A DNA stretch of 48,691 nt from Octopus sinensis (GCF_006345805.1 NW_021835556.1:1-48691); one strand, 5' to 3'; counted from the first letter of the stretch, positions 12,025 to 24,765 are shown. Notes: generated by a model from the sequence alone, not told the origin. Made by a program: numbers and translations.

Positions 12025-12823
12025 GCTTCAATGGCATATATGCTATGCATGTTACATAGATAAATATACATACATACATATATATATATGTATATATATA
12101 CTATATATACATTAATTATGGGGTTGCATACATTGCTGTTGGCCAACATGTTTATATGTCATCAGCTTGCATCAACACGTAACTGAATTTAACTGGGGAA
12201 TGTTAAATTAACAACTTCTTCAGATCTTATGGCTGCAAAGGGGTCTTAATAATGAATAACATCAGTAGATCGTTAATATGTTGATATTAATAACTTTATA
12301 TGCAACTTAATTAATACTTTACCATTAATATCCACATCATACGAGAAGGAAGTTTATGAAGATAGGTAGTCCCAGAAAAGAAACCCATAACTAGATGGTA
12401 TGAAATATAAGAGCATTCTGAAGGGGGTCGGAGTGCCCAAATATCAAACCAGTAGAGTTGTTGTCAATAAGTTTTTCATTAGGAAGGGTTACAGCGATGC
12501 TTGAATGTGAACGAGTTTCATAAATCACGCGTCTTCACTTATTGCTCAGTTAGTCACACAAATAGATATAAATGTCTATCTGTGTTCTGCCGAAATATAG
12601 AAGCAGAGACAATACCATGATTGATTATGATTGGTACGGCACGGGTAAAGAGCATACACACACGCAGAATAATTACAAGACATTTGAACATTCTTCAATA
12701 AACAATCTAATCTAAAAATAAGCATCAACTCCAACCAGATTCTAGAAAGAAAGACAACGCATATAACAATAGAATAAACACGTGTAGACTATATTTATTA
12801 CGTCTATATTCCTCTGCTTTTAA

Positions 12824-13020
12824 CCCTTTAGCATTCAGATTAATGTAATGCTTATTTATTCACCTTGGTTTGAATTAATCTGGCATTATCTCATAGCTTT
12901 GAGATCTCAATGATGGGATTGGCTAGTTTTAGGATAACATTGCAGGTGTTAGATGCCAAATCTGGCCAGTTTGGACATAAAAACAGGTAGAATATTTGGG
13001 CCAGGTGTGGTTTGAATATA
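12824..13020 (+). mobile_element. Possible piggyBac-type MITE end
   Basis: TTAA followed by CCCTTTAGCATTCAG; partner end not found. Confidence 0.3.
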
Positions 13021-13075
13021 TACCACTTCTATTACATATAAACCACTGCAAACACATACCTTTCCATTTCCATTC

Positions 13076-13206
13076 CTGTCTGTCTATCTACCTGTCTTTC
13101 TATCTATCTATCTGTCTGTCTACCTGTCTATCAATCTATCTGTCTATGTATCTCTCTGTCTATCTATCTATCTATCGATCTATCTATCTATCTATCTATC
13201 TGTCTG

Positions 13207-13244
<38 letters not shown>

Positions 13245-13444
13245 GATCTTTCTATCTATCTGTCTGTCTACCTATCTACCTATCTGTCTATCTATCTATT
13301 TATCTATCCATCTATCTATCTATCTATCTATCTATCTATTTATCTATCTATCTGTCTATCTATCTATCTGTCTGTCTATCTATCTATCTATCTATCTATC
13401 GATCTATCTATCTATCTGTCTGTCTACCTATCTACCTATCTGTC

Positions 13445-13475
<31 letters not shown>

Positions 13476-13667
13476 CTATCTCTCTATCTATCTCTCTATC
13501 TATCTGTCTATTAATCTATCTATCTATCTATCTATCCACCTATCCATCTATCTAATCTATCTATCTATCTGTCTATCTATCTATCTGTCTATCTATCTAT
13601 ACACCTATCTATCTATCTATCCATCCATCCATCTATCTATCTATCTATCCACCTATCCATCTATCTA

Positions 13668-13703
<36 letters not shown>

Positions 13704-13756
13704 GTCTATCTATCTATACACCTATCTATCTATCTATCCATCCATCCATCTATCTA

Positions 13757-13792
<36 letters not shown>

Positions 13793-13845
13793 GTCTATCT
13801 ATCTATCCACCTATCTATCTATCTATCTATCCATCTATCCACCTA
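13076..13845. repeat. (TCTA)n tetranucleotide array, ~770 bp
   Basis: Direct reading; source of the SIYL ORFs. Confidence 0.95.
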
Positions 13846-14109
13846 TCGTCAGCCAGCCATCCTCCCATCTATCTACCTATCAGCTTTTCCATTCATAAAC
13901 CTGTCACAGTAAAATAAACCTTCTTAAACCTTCTTTTACTTTGCTGTCTTTTCTTTTCTGTTACTGTCTCCCCTAACCTCTCCTACCAACAGCATTTAAC
14001 CAGACAGGCATTGTCCTGTTATCCTGCTATACATGCAACCATTATTACACATATATTGGAGTAGCGATAACCATCTAATCATCCTTAACGATGACTGATG
14101 ACTTATGCA

Positions 14110-14478
14110 GTCATCATCATCATCATCGTTTAGCGTCCGCTTTCCATGCTGGCATGGGTTGGACAGTGCAACTGGGGTCTGGGAAGCCTGAAGGCTGCAC
14201 CAGGCCCAGTCTGATCTGGCAATGTTTCTACGGCTGGATGCCCTTCCTAATGCCAACCACTCCATGAGTGTAGTGGGTGCTTTTTACGTGCCAGACGAGG
14301 CTGGCAAACAGCCACGATCGGATGGTGCTTTTTACATGCCACCGGCACGGAGACCAGGCAAGGCTGGCAATGACCACGATTGGATGGTGCTTTTTATGTG
14401 CTACCGGCATGGAAGCCAGTCGGGGCGGCACTGGCAACGGCCACGTTTGGATGGTTCTCTTATATGCCACTGGCACAG
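14110..14478 (-). mobile_element. Family C element with 3-4 internal ~50-60 bp tandem subrepeats
   Basis: Begins CATCATCATCGTTTAGCGTCCGCTTTCCATGCTGGCATGGGTTGGAC (reverse of an RTE-like tail); repeated GGTGCTTTTTA(C/T)(G/A)TGC units. Confidence 0.8.
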
Positions 14479-14799
14479 GTATCGCTTAAAGTGAAGAAGA
14501 ATTGAGCATTGTCAACTGCCTTCTTTCAGCCATGACCATCTACAGTCCAGTGGCAAGACCAGGTCAAGACAACAAGAGATGGAGACAGATGCAGTGGATG
14601 ACCCAAATGTTGTATTTCGTCTTCTCCTCTTCAGGGTCTGGCAGAACAAGCATTATAACACACGAAGACCACCTTCGGTCATGAGTGACCATGGGATTGC
14701 ACATAGAAAGTTCCCCTCCAAGGCACAAGTTTGTTTTTATGGAAGACCAGCAATTGCCTATGCATACCAGATTTGACAGAGAAACTGAAAGAAGCCTGT

Positions 14800-15030
14800 T
14801 GTGTGTGTGTGTGCATATCCCACAACCACTTGACAACCGGTGTTGGTGGGTTTATGTCCCCATAACTTAGCAGTTCAGCAAAGAGAGACTGATAGAATAA
14901 GTTCTCAAAAAATATAGGCTCAAAAAATATAAGTACAGGAGCTGATTCTGATTCAGATTCGTTCGAGTAAAATTCTTCAAAGAGGTGCCCCAGCATGGCC
15001 ACAGTCAAATGACCAAAACAAGTAGAAGAT
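14800..15030 (+). mobile_element. Family A SINE, 3' half
   Basis: TTGACAACCGGTGTTGG...CAGCATGGCCACAGTCAAATGACC. Confidence 0.75.
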
Positions 15031-15384
15031 AAAAGATATATACACGCACACATTCACAATATACATGTTGCTGCATGTATAAAGAAGAGTCAGCTAAAAG
15101 GCTTGGCATGAGGAACGGTGGTCAGCCATAAAGCCCTGCCTCACAAAAACTGCCCACTCTATACCAGCCTTTACGAGTGGATGTAAGTAATTGATGAAGA
15201 CGATGATGATGATGATGATGGCAATGGTGGTGGTAATGATGATGATGATGGTGGTGGAGGTGGTGATGGTGATGATGATGATGATGATGATGATTCCAAT
15301 ATTCTACTTAGTGTTTCTCCTATTCTTCCAAACAGATTTCTTTGGTTCCCTAAAAACAGAACGAAAAAATATCACAAAAATCTA

Positions 15385-15985
15385 TGAACACACACACACA
15401 CACATACACACACTGACAAACACACACACACATGCATACACACACACACATGCATACACATGCATCCACACACACATGCATACACACAAACACACATGCA
15501 CACACACACATGCATACACACACATGCATACACACACACATGCATACACACACACACACATGCACACACACACACATGCATACACACACATGCATACAGA
15601 CACACACATGCATACACACACACATGTATACACACACACATGCACACACACATGCATACCCACACACACATGCACACACACACACATGCATACACACACA
15701 CATGCATACACACACACATGCATACACACACACACATGCATACACACACACATGCATACACACACACATGCATACACACACATGCATACACACACACATG
15801 CATACACACACACATGCATACACACACACATGCACACACACACACATGCATCCACACACACATGCATACACACAAACACACATGCACACACACACATGCA
15901 TACACACACACATGCATACACACACACATGCACACACACATGCATACCCACACACATGCATACACACGCACACACACATGCATAC
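15385..15985. repeat. Minisatellite of CATGCATA(CA)n units (14-18 bp), ~600 bp
   Basis: Direct reading; source of the CMHV/HTHM ORFs. Confidence 0.9.
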
Positions 15986-16308
15986 GCATTTTTACCGTTT
16001 ATTTTCATCTCAGAGGAGTGATGTGTAGAATTATACTGGCACCATATGGTAGTAATATGCTAACTAAAAGACCACCACTGAAGAACCATCTCTAATGACA
16101 ATCTATATTTAATTACAAATCATCGTTATTTCTCAGAAGAGCAGGGATAGGGGGAGGAGGGGGCCATTCTCAGAAGTTTCCACTGAACCAAAAACAATGC
16201 AATATTAGCTTCCATCTTCCTCTCTCCTCTCCCTCTCTCCCCCTCTCTCCCCCTCTCTCCCTCTATCCCCCTCTCTCTCTCTCTCTTCCTATTTCTTTCT
16301 CTCTCGGC

Positions 16309-16347
<39 letters not shown>

Positions 16348-16764
16348 ATTCTCTCCTTTTCCTCATACATTCAATCAAAAATCTTTCACAATCTTATTTC
16401 TTTCTCTCTATCTCTCCCCCCCGTACTCTCTCTGTCCATATTTTCCTCTCTCTTTCCCTCCTACTTTCACTTTTAAAACTCTCAGAGCTCTTTTACTCAT
16501 CTTCCTTCCTTTCTTTCTTTCTTTCTTTCTTTCTTTCTCTTAAAGAGAATTTGATTCAAAGAATATAAAATCTGGATTTGTTGCTCAGACCAAATTTTTG
16601 CTTTCTTAATTGTTATTTTTCTTTTAAAAAATAAATAAATGTACGTGTGTGTGAATGTGTGTGTGAATATGAATATGTACATGTGTGAATGTGTGTATGT
16701 TTGTGTGAATATCTGTATGTGTGTGTGAGTGTGTATGAATATGAATGTGTGTGTGTGTGTATGC

Positions 16765-16898
16765 ATGGCTGTGTGGTGTTCAGTGGTTTTGGGTTCAGTT
16801 CTACAATGTGGCATCTTCGGCAAGTGCCTTCTACTATGGGGTTGGGTTAATCACATCTCTGTGAGTGGATTTGGAAGATGGAAACTGAAAAAAGCTCC

Positions 16899-16947
<49 letters not shown>

Positions 16948-16990
16948 TGTTCATGCATGTATGTATGTATGTATGTGTGTGTGTGTGAGA
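16765..16990 (+). mobile_element. Family A SINE, decayed 5' half
   Basis: GGCTGTGTGG...GGGTTCAG...GTGAGTGGATTTGGAAGATGGAAACTGAAA. Confidence 0.7.
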
Positions 16991-17150
16991 AAAACAAAAG
17001 GGAGAAACTAAGATGTAGACATCGGTCTATTAGAACATATTCAATTCCAAACAAACTCTTAGTACCTATAACTGTTTCCATGCCCAATTCAATTTGAGAA
17101 ATTAAATTTAAGTTTTATATTGATTTAATTATATATATATATATATATAT

Positions 17151-17471
17151 ATTAAGTGTAGGAAGAAATGGAGCTGAACGAAGATTTAACAAAATTCCTT
17201 TTTATTATTTTCTACATATGTTTCGAAGGCTGCAAAGTCCCTAATTCGGATTGAATAAGGAGACCATTTTGCAGCCGAGCGTTTGTCGAAAAGCTTGCTG
17301 TGCATTTTGTTGGAGAATTAATTTCCTGGATTTTCCTGAAGAGAAGGCTGCAAAATGGACTCCTTATTCAATCCGAATTAGGGACTTTGCAGCCTTCGAA
17401 ACATATGTAGAAAATAATAAAAAGGAATTTTGTTAAATCTTCGTTCAGCTCCATTTCTTCCTATACTTAAT
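17151..17471. mobile_element. Fold-back PLE-like non-autonomous element: two 126-bp inverted arms around a 69-bp spacer
   Basis: 17151-17276 is the reverse complement of 17346-17471 with 2 mismatches; TA-repeat flanks; carries an HHR. Confidence 0.85.
17330..17415 (+). ncRNA. Type I hammerhead ribozyme, canonical core
   Basis: Stem I ATTTTC/GAAAAT; CTGAAGA (17336-42); 12-bp stem II GAAGGCTGCAAA/TTTGCAGCCTTC; GAA; palindromic stem III ACATATGT; GUA cleavage triplet, predicted cut after 17409. Confidence 0.85.
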
Positions 17472-17679
17472 ATATAAAACTTCAAATTTCCGCACTAAGG
17501 CACGGATTTTATGCCCCATGGTCGTAACTTCAACCGTGCTTTTCCTGTTGTGATTTTTGCTACCCAGGTATCAGTTATCATTTGAATTATCCGTAATAAG
17601 ATAATTCATTTATCTACTATATATATATATATATATTAACCATATTTCACATATTTTTTATTAGAGTCCACTCACTGGT

Positions 17680-17725
<46 letters not shown>

Positions 17726-17897
17726 TAAATTAGAGATAAAACCACTATTAGGCAAATCATACAATGAAAAACTTAAGCCAATACATAAGATTATTTAATT
17801 TAGATTATTTAAATATATAACATAATATTTTACTATAAAATTGGATTCAATCCTAAATCTGATTTTTCCCTGTAAGTTTGGATTTATTCCCTAATAT

Positions 17898-17928
<31 letters not shown>

Positions 17929-17932
17929 TATA

Positions 17933-18190
17933 TTGGGTTGGAGCAAAAGTCTGTACCATTTTTCAGTTGGTGGCATTTAAATGTGATTTCATTTCTCATG
18001 TGGCAGAAGTATGTGACAATATACATTTTTCTGGAAGGTGACATTTCAACAAGTCTTTCCATATGACCAGAGTGTGGATATGTGGATAGTTTATTTCTAC
18101 TGCTTTATCATTGAAGACAGAGGAAAATGCAATACATGTACATCATTTGATACTCTTTTACTTCTGAAAAGGAACAAACTTTGTATAAAG
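17933..18190 (+). mobile_element. Mariner-type transposon left end, decayed
   Basis: TA followed by TTGGGTTGGAGCAAAAGT resembles mariner TIRs (TTAGGTTGGTGCAAAAGT); weak N-terminal-like remnant downstream. Confidence 0.55.
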
Positions 18191-18204
18191 GGCAAAAAAA
18201 GTTA

Positions 18205-18450
18205 CGTAGAGTTAATGGATTCGGTGGTATAGCTGAGAGGATTGTTCTATGGTGTGTTGGCATCTGAAATGGAATACCAGCCACTGCTGAGTTAACATCC
18301 ACTCCCCACCCCCTGCTGTTATGGTTCACCTTTACAGCTGAGTAAACTGCAGCCATATGAAATGAAATGTTTTGCTCAAGAACATGATGTGTTACCTGGT
18401 CTGGGAATTGAAACCATGGCTTTATGAATGTAAGTCCAAGAGCACTAGGC
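18205..18450 (-). mobile_element. Decayed tRNA-headed SINE; related pieces at 10530-10620 and 25170-25275
   Basis: ACAGCTGAGTAAACTG...GAAATGAAATGTTTTGCTCAAGAACA...GGAATTGAAACC, a reverse tRNA-like head. Confidence 0.55.
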
Positions 18451-18708
18451 TACACACACACATTTGTATGTATGTCTAGGTATATTTTTTTGTGTATCAG
18501 AAAAGAGTAAGAACATCAATGAGAAAACTGAAAAAAAAAAAAAAAGAAACTATTGCTTTATATTTAAAGTCCCCTGAGCTATTTGTTCAGTGTCATGTTA
18601 CAGCTACTCCCATGTCGCTCTCACTGCCTGCCAGAAATGTAGTGAACCAGTGAGTGGACTCTAATAAAAAATATGTGAAATATGGTCATTAATGTTGACA
18701 GCAATATA

Positions 18709-18747
<39 letters not shown>

Positions 18748-19719
18748 ACACACACACACACTACTAGTATATACATATATATGTATAGAACAATGTATAA
18801 AACAGTTATATGAATAGTCAAAGAGAGACTACAAAAGTTTATTAATGAATAAGGGAGGTCCAAAGATGAAGAGAATGGTGAGTGGATTTCTCTATTTTTA
18901 TTTTTTTGTTTTTTATTTTCATTTTTTTAAAAATTTTATATTTGTCTTAAGCAAATTGATCATCTGGAGATATTAATAGAAGAAAATGTCACCAAATAAT
19001 CTGTTGGAAGAGTTGAGTGTTAGCATTTTGAATATTCCAAGCCATCTAAAACAATTCTGAACAAGTTTAACAAGTGGATTCCACAGGAATACAAGGAAAA
19101 ATTGGTAAAAAAAAAAAAAAAGCAAAAAGAATAATAATAAAATGTTAATAATCTTCATTTTTGAAGTGCACTTTACGGTGAATTTTATGACTGAGTAGCA
19201 ATACAAAACAGAACAAAACAAAAAAAAAAATGAAAATCAATATTTTATGAGAATTAACATTGATTTAGACAAAGCATCACCAAGGTGAGGGCTTTAAAGT
19301 AACTCCCCAAAATTGAAGTAACATCGGTATCTGTGAACAGAAACTGGTATAATCCAGGATTTTATAATAGAGATTAAGAGCTAGGATTATTCAGAAGGAA
19401 CCCACAGAAAATATTGTATAATAAGGCAGCAAGCCTCTTGTGTAAATATCTCTGAAGTCCCAGACTTGCAAAATGGTTTAAATGACTAACGCACAGCTGT
19501 TCAGCTCTTGATTGATAAATCTGCCCCTGGGTGAAACACTGCACTACCTTTAGTATATACTGCTTGGTGAACATGGAATAAATTGAAATTAAATTGTTAT
19601 GTCCAGTAAAATACAAATACCAACATCTGATTTGAACTCACAGCCTATGAGCTGGTAGTAAAATATCTTACCCATCTGGTCATTTCCCTTCAAATGAATA
19701 AAACTGGCCAGTGCTATTG

Positions 19720-20056
19720 ACAGGTAGAAGGCACCTGTACCAGTGACAGGTAGAAGGCAACTGTGCTGGTGACAGGTAGCAGGCACCTGTGCAAGTGACA
19801 TGTAAAGGGCACCCACTACATTCTTGGAGTGGTTGGTGTTAGGAAGGGCATCCAGCCATAGAAACCGGGCCAAAATCTGACTGGAACCTCGTTCAGCTCC
19901 CTGGCTTACCAGTTCCACTCAAACTGTCTAACCCATGCCAGCATGGGAAACAGACACTAAACGATGATGATGATGATGATGATGATTATGATGATGATTA
20001 TGATGATGATGATGATGATGATGATTATGATGATGATGATGATGATGATGATGATT

Positions 20057-20104
<48 letters not shown>

Positions 20105-20114
20105 ATGATGATGA
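19720..20114 (+). mobile_element. Family C element with an expanded (GAT)n 3' tail
   Basis: GGAGTGGTTGGTGTTAGGAAGGGCATCCAG...AACCCATGCCAGCATGG...AAACGATGATG, then ~150 bp of (GAT)n. Confidence 0.8.
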
Positions 20115-21154
20115 CCAATATGAGTTAATCAAAAGTGACCCTACTGCATGAACAAAGTTACAGAAACTCAGTGAGTTAACAATATTCTTCTTCTTCTTCT
20201 TCTTCTTCTCCTCATCGACCACATTTCCCATATCTGTAACCCATTGGCAACCAAAGTTATCAAACATTTACACAATCTTTAAAGAACCAAAAAAAACACA
20301 AGAGAGAAGTGGAAAAAAAGATATTTTGCAACAAGGCAGATGTATGGAATCTGTTAAAGGACTTTTCTGGAGCCGAGGAAACAGGAATTGTTTTGTATAG
20401 ACTAGAATAATCTTGTTTCTAGTTCACAAATTCCTACCAAAATTCTGTTTTCCTCATTCAACTGATAACAGGAGTTCTTCATAAATTTATTGATTAATCA
20501 TGTCCAATTACTTCTTTTTTTTTTCCCCCCTCACAAAAAAACCAAAAAAACATCCTAATATTTTTGAAAGTATCAACTTCAGTATTTTTAGAAAAAGACC
20601 AAGATTTTCTTTTTGTAGACTTGCAAAGCAAACAAACAGAGGCGGTAGCGATGGTGGCAGGGGACAGGGAAGAGAGAAAGGAAAAAAATTAATGTAAAAC
20701 GGCAAAGAATGAAACAAAAGAGATACAGAAAATATACAACTGGAAAAAATTTTAAAAATATAAATAAAGACCAATTTTGTTACACAAAAATTACAACCAA
20801 TATCTAAGCAAGGCAATGGAAATGTTATATTTTAAATTGTTAATGCTAATATGGGCTGTTTAGAAAATAATGTCTAATTTTGAATTACACTCTAATAACT
20901 TAAACATTTATTACATTGTTAAATTTCTCATCTCATTTGAACAATTAAACATTACTTGTATTCACGAATGTTCTTTTGCCATTTCAATAGAAACTTGGCA
21001 TTTTAAAAGCCATTAAACCTCTTTCTTGCCATCTACGTCGTAATACTTATTTTCCCAAGAAACAGATCTCGAGAAACAGCGCAGTGCAGCATATTTCGGG
21101 TTTTTTTTGTCAGGTTTTCTGTGAGACCCAGCATCATAAAATCTCAACTCATTA

Positions 21155-21380
21155 CTCTTTTACTCTTTTATTTGTTTCAGTCATTTGATTGTGGCCATGC
21201 TGGGGCACCGCCTTTAATTGAACAAATCAATCCCAAGACTTATTCTTTGTAAGCCTAGTACTTATTCTATCAGTCTTTTTTACAGAACAGCTAAGTTACA
21301 GGGACGTAAACACACCAGCATTGGTTGTCAAGTGATGTTGAGGGGACAAACCAGAGACAAAAGCATACACACACATACAT
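21155..21380 (-). mobile_element. Family A SINE, 3' half
   Basis: TTTGTTTCAGTCATTTGATTGTGGCCATGCTGG...GGTTGTCAAG. Confidence 0.8.
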
Positions 21381-21430
21381 ATTGACCGTCTAAATTTTGT
21401 ATTGTGTGTGTGTGTATATATATGTATGTA

Positions 21431-21600
21431 GAGGTGCAATGGCCCAATGGTTAGGGCAGCAGAATCACAGTCGTAGGATCATGGTTCCAATTCCCAGCCC
21501 GGGTGTTGTGAGTGTTTATTGAGCGAAAACACCTAAAGCTCCAAGAGGCTCCACAGGGGAGGGTGGCAATCCCTGCTGTAGTCTTTCGCTGCAACTCACA
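21431..21600 (+). mobile_element. tRNA-headed SINE 5' fragment (a further family)
   Basis: A-box TGGCCCAATGG, B-box-like GGTTCCAATTCC. Confidence 0.6.
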
Positions 21601-22000
21601 CTTGCAGTTCGCCATCTCCACCCCAAAAGCAGTGAGCAAAGATGTTGTCCATGAGAGGGTGGGGGCGATAATGCCAAAGGTCTCCACTGGTATAGGCCTG
21701 CCCATGAAATTGTCAGAGAGTGGTCGATACTTTGAGAGTTGGCCCTTCTCAACCTGACAAGCAGCGCAGCCTGGGCTGGTAGTTGAACGTACCAAGTTGC
21801 TGCTGGAGAAGGTGTCAGAGTATGAGGCATCCCAGATGAGGGGCCTACCACCACGGAACAGGAAAACTGTCCTACCATCAGACCTTTTATGATCTCAGTC
21901 GAGCTGGGAAAGGAAACCTGCAGCATCAACGCCTTCCTTTATGAACTCATTGAGAACAGCATAGTATGGAAGGCAGATGGCACTAGAATCGATTCCAAGC
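21600..22000 (-). pseudogene. Decayed CRE-like non-LTR retrotransposon C-terminus (restriction-like endonuclease domain)
   Basis: Across frameshifts: LNEFIK-RALDAAGF...KRSDGRTVFLFRGGRPLIWDASYSDTFS...AACQVEKGQLSKYRPLSDNFMGRPIPVETFG. This matches the RLE pattern H..LN.IIKRAL..AG...KRPDG...WD.T..DT...A..AE..K..KY......P.AVET.G. Confidence 0.75.
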
Positions 22001-22220
22001 ATTGCAAACACAAATGGTCGTCTGACAATTGAGTGTGTTTGATACAGGCTTCATATGGACTTATACTGGTTTCTTTTCATGATTTTTGGGTTTTTTTACC
22101 ATCGTTTTTGTCTTGTGAAGTTACATACATTCTACAAAAAATATGTAACTTTCAGTCAAAATATCCAAGTTTAATTGAAAAATATATTCCAAATTCCTAA
22201 AAAATGAAATCTATAAACAT

Positions 22221-22386
22221 AGGCGCAGGAGTGGCTGTGTGGTAAGTAGCTTGCTAACCAACCACATGGTTCTGGGTTCAGTCCCACTGCGTGGCATCTT
22301 GGGCAAGTGTCTTCTGCTATAGACCCGGGCCGACCAATGCCTTGTGAGTGGATTTGGTAGACGGAAACTGAAAGAAGCCTGTCGTA

Positions 22387-22435
<49 letters not shown>

Positions 22436-22650
22436 GTGTGTGTGTGTGTCTGTGTTTGTCCCCCTAGCATTGCTTGACAACCGATGCTGGTGTGTTCACG
22501 TCCCCGTCACTTAACGGCTCGGCAAAAGAGACCGATAGAATAAGCACTGGGCTTACAAAGAATAAGTCCCGGGGTCGATTTGCTCGACTAAAGGCGGTGC
22601 TCCAGCATGGCCGCAGTCAAAATGACTGAAACAAGTAAAAGAGAAAAGAG
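22221..22650 (+). mobile_element. Family A SINE, full length, low divergence
   Basis: Complete head, central microsatellite and tail. Confidence 0.9.
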
Positions 22651-23224
22651 TAATAGTAAACTAGCAAAAAATTAAAGATATAATAGAAAAATATTTCCAA
22701 TTGTCTTCTTGTTTCAACACACCAACATTTATTAGACAACATGAGTGCAATTAAACACAACTTCAAACTTGTAAATAATTCATTGACTCACAAAAAACAT
22801 AATGCTAAACATCAATATTCTTTGGAAAACTTTAAAATAGCTTTTGTGGAAAATGTGTAAAATGTTCAACATCTCCTTCTTCCACCAAACATGTCAAATA
22901 TTGTGAGGAATTGTAGCCAATGCTCTAATGACTGCTCATGAACAAAGGTCTCAAAGAGATATTTAAATGCTTACATTTAACCCCTTAGCTTCTGACAGAT
23001 TAAATTCTCCCTGGGTAGGATACTCCATTACTTTCTATGCCATATCATCTGGTGAACAAGAATGGAGAGAGGAATGGGTGGAGGGGAGTTGTATCCAGAA
23101 ACAATACATCTTATTACCAATGGTCATCACACTCATACATAATCAGCAGAGTCTGTCTTTGACAGAGAAAGAGAGAAAGAAAGAGTGAGAAATACAAGGA
23201 TATATGTGTGTGTGTGTGTATGTG

Positions 23225-23264
<40 letters not shown>

Positions 23265-24193
23265 GTATCAAGGACCTATATATATATATATATGTACACA
23301 CATTCGAGGAGAGAGAGAGAGATAAAGGAAGAGAGAGAAACAAAGTGAGGGGAGAGAGGCAGACGGACAGAGACCATTTCTTTCCAACAATGGTAACACC
23401 TCATAGACTTCTTCCGGTTCTTTCTTTCTTTCTCTGCCTCCTCTGAATTCTGCTGCAGCCATTTCCAGCACTAATTATATCACCTTGGCAACAGAATCTA
23501 TCAATTACATCTAACAAGATATAGATTAATTCCTGGATTTGGCTTCAAAAATGTTTTTACGATTAGCTACACCTGTGTGAATTCATTACGTCAGTACATC
23601 CACAAAGATCCCATAATGTCTTATGCCTGCCCGAACATTTACACTGTGTGCCCAGTAATGAGAACTTAATGACTCCCTTCTTGTATATTTAACAAGGTAA
23701 CTCTCCAGATATCACAGCCATTTCCTAGTTCTTGTTCCAATTAACATTTGTTTTTTGTTTTTTTGCTTTTTGTTAGGCCATCATGGCCAATAAAAGAAAT
23801 TATCATTATTATAATTATCATTTTCATTAACTTCTTTCAACTTCTGTTTCCATTTCTAGCCAAGTGTCTTCTTGACACCTAGGGCAGAGAAATGCACTGT
23901 ATACATTGGTAGGCCATTAAAATAAACACAGCAGATTGTTCATTTACGAAGCTATGTGATAGAGAATAAGGGGAAAATAAAAATAAAAAAGTAAACAAAT
24001 AAAATAAAGGGAGAGAAAGAAAATTCACAGTGACAATGCTCTTTTCAATACGTGTGGTGTGATGTACCAGTTAAGACAATCTTTTGCCCTTTCTGCATGG
24101 ATGATAAGCCAGGGATCATTGTTAAATGTCTTCTTTTTTTTTATCATTCCAAATGCTTCCTACAATCACTCATAATAATAATAATAATAATTA

Positions 24194-24240
<47 letters not shown>

Positions 24241-24476
24241 GGTTTGGTTTCGCTTTAATTTATATGAGTTGCACCCAAGTCTCAACCAAAGAATTTCAGG
24301 GACAACAAGGTTTTGCACCTGAAGATGCAAATAGCAAGGTGCTATGCACTTGAACACACTGTTGTCTGTGGGAGGAAAATACAGAGTAAGGCTGCACTTA
24401 CACAGAGAGGAATTTACATAGAATGTTTGAGGTACCCATAAACCCATAAATATGATCTTTAAAAATAGAAAATTTC

Positions 24477-24646
24477 CACATTATTTACATTTGATGGATA
24501 TTTGTCCTCATCTTCTTTGTTGTTAAGACAACGATTTGGCTGATATACCCTCTAACCTTTATCAGGTGTCTTGGGGAAATTTCGAACCTGGGTTCTCATT
24601 CCTAAGATATTTGTTGTTGTTGTTATTATTATTATTATTATTATTA

Positions 24647-24686
<40 letters not shown>

Positions 24687-24765
24687 CATTATTATTGTTA
24701 TTCAGGTCACTGTCTGGAATCAAACTTCAAATCTTGGGATTAGCAGCCCACGCTCTTAACCACTA
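24477..24765 (-). mobile_element. Third copy of the tRNA-HHR SINE with an expanded (AAT)n spacer
   Basis: Minus strand: TAGTGGTTAAGAGCG...CCAAGACAC-CTGATAA-AGGTTAGAGGGTATATCAGCC-AAATCGTTGTCTT...; core decayed. Confidence 0.8.

Noticed and set aside
14598-14640. Minus-strand GACC-CTGAAGA-GGAGAAGAC-GAAA...GGGTC
   Set aside because: Stem II is only 1 bp and the register puts G at the cleavage position; not a valid HHR.
19029-19110. AG...GT-bounded open stretch HFEYSKPSKTILNKFNKWIPQEYKEKL
   Set aside because: No polypyrimidine tract and no recognisable homology.
23385-23475. Minus-strand exon-like or gag-like stretch (WKWLQQNSEEAEKERKNRKKSMRCYHCWKE)
   Set aside because: The CxxC is not followed by the H and C of a zinc knuckle; no recognisable family and no partner exons.
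24171-24240. (TAA)n(TTA)n abutting inverted trinucleotide repeat
   Set aside because: Trivial self-complementarity of a simple repeat.
24315-24360. CTGAAGA followed by the hairpin ATAGCA/TGCTAT
   Set aside because: No GAAA, stem III or stem I partner.
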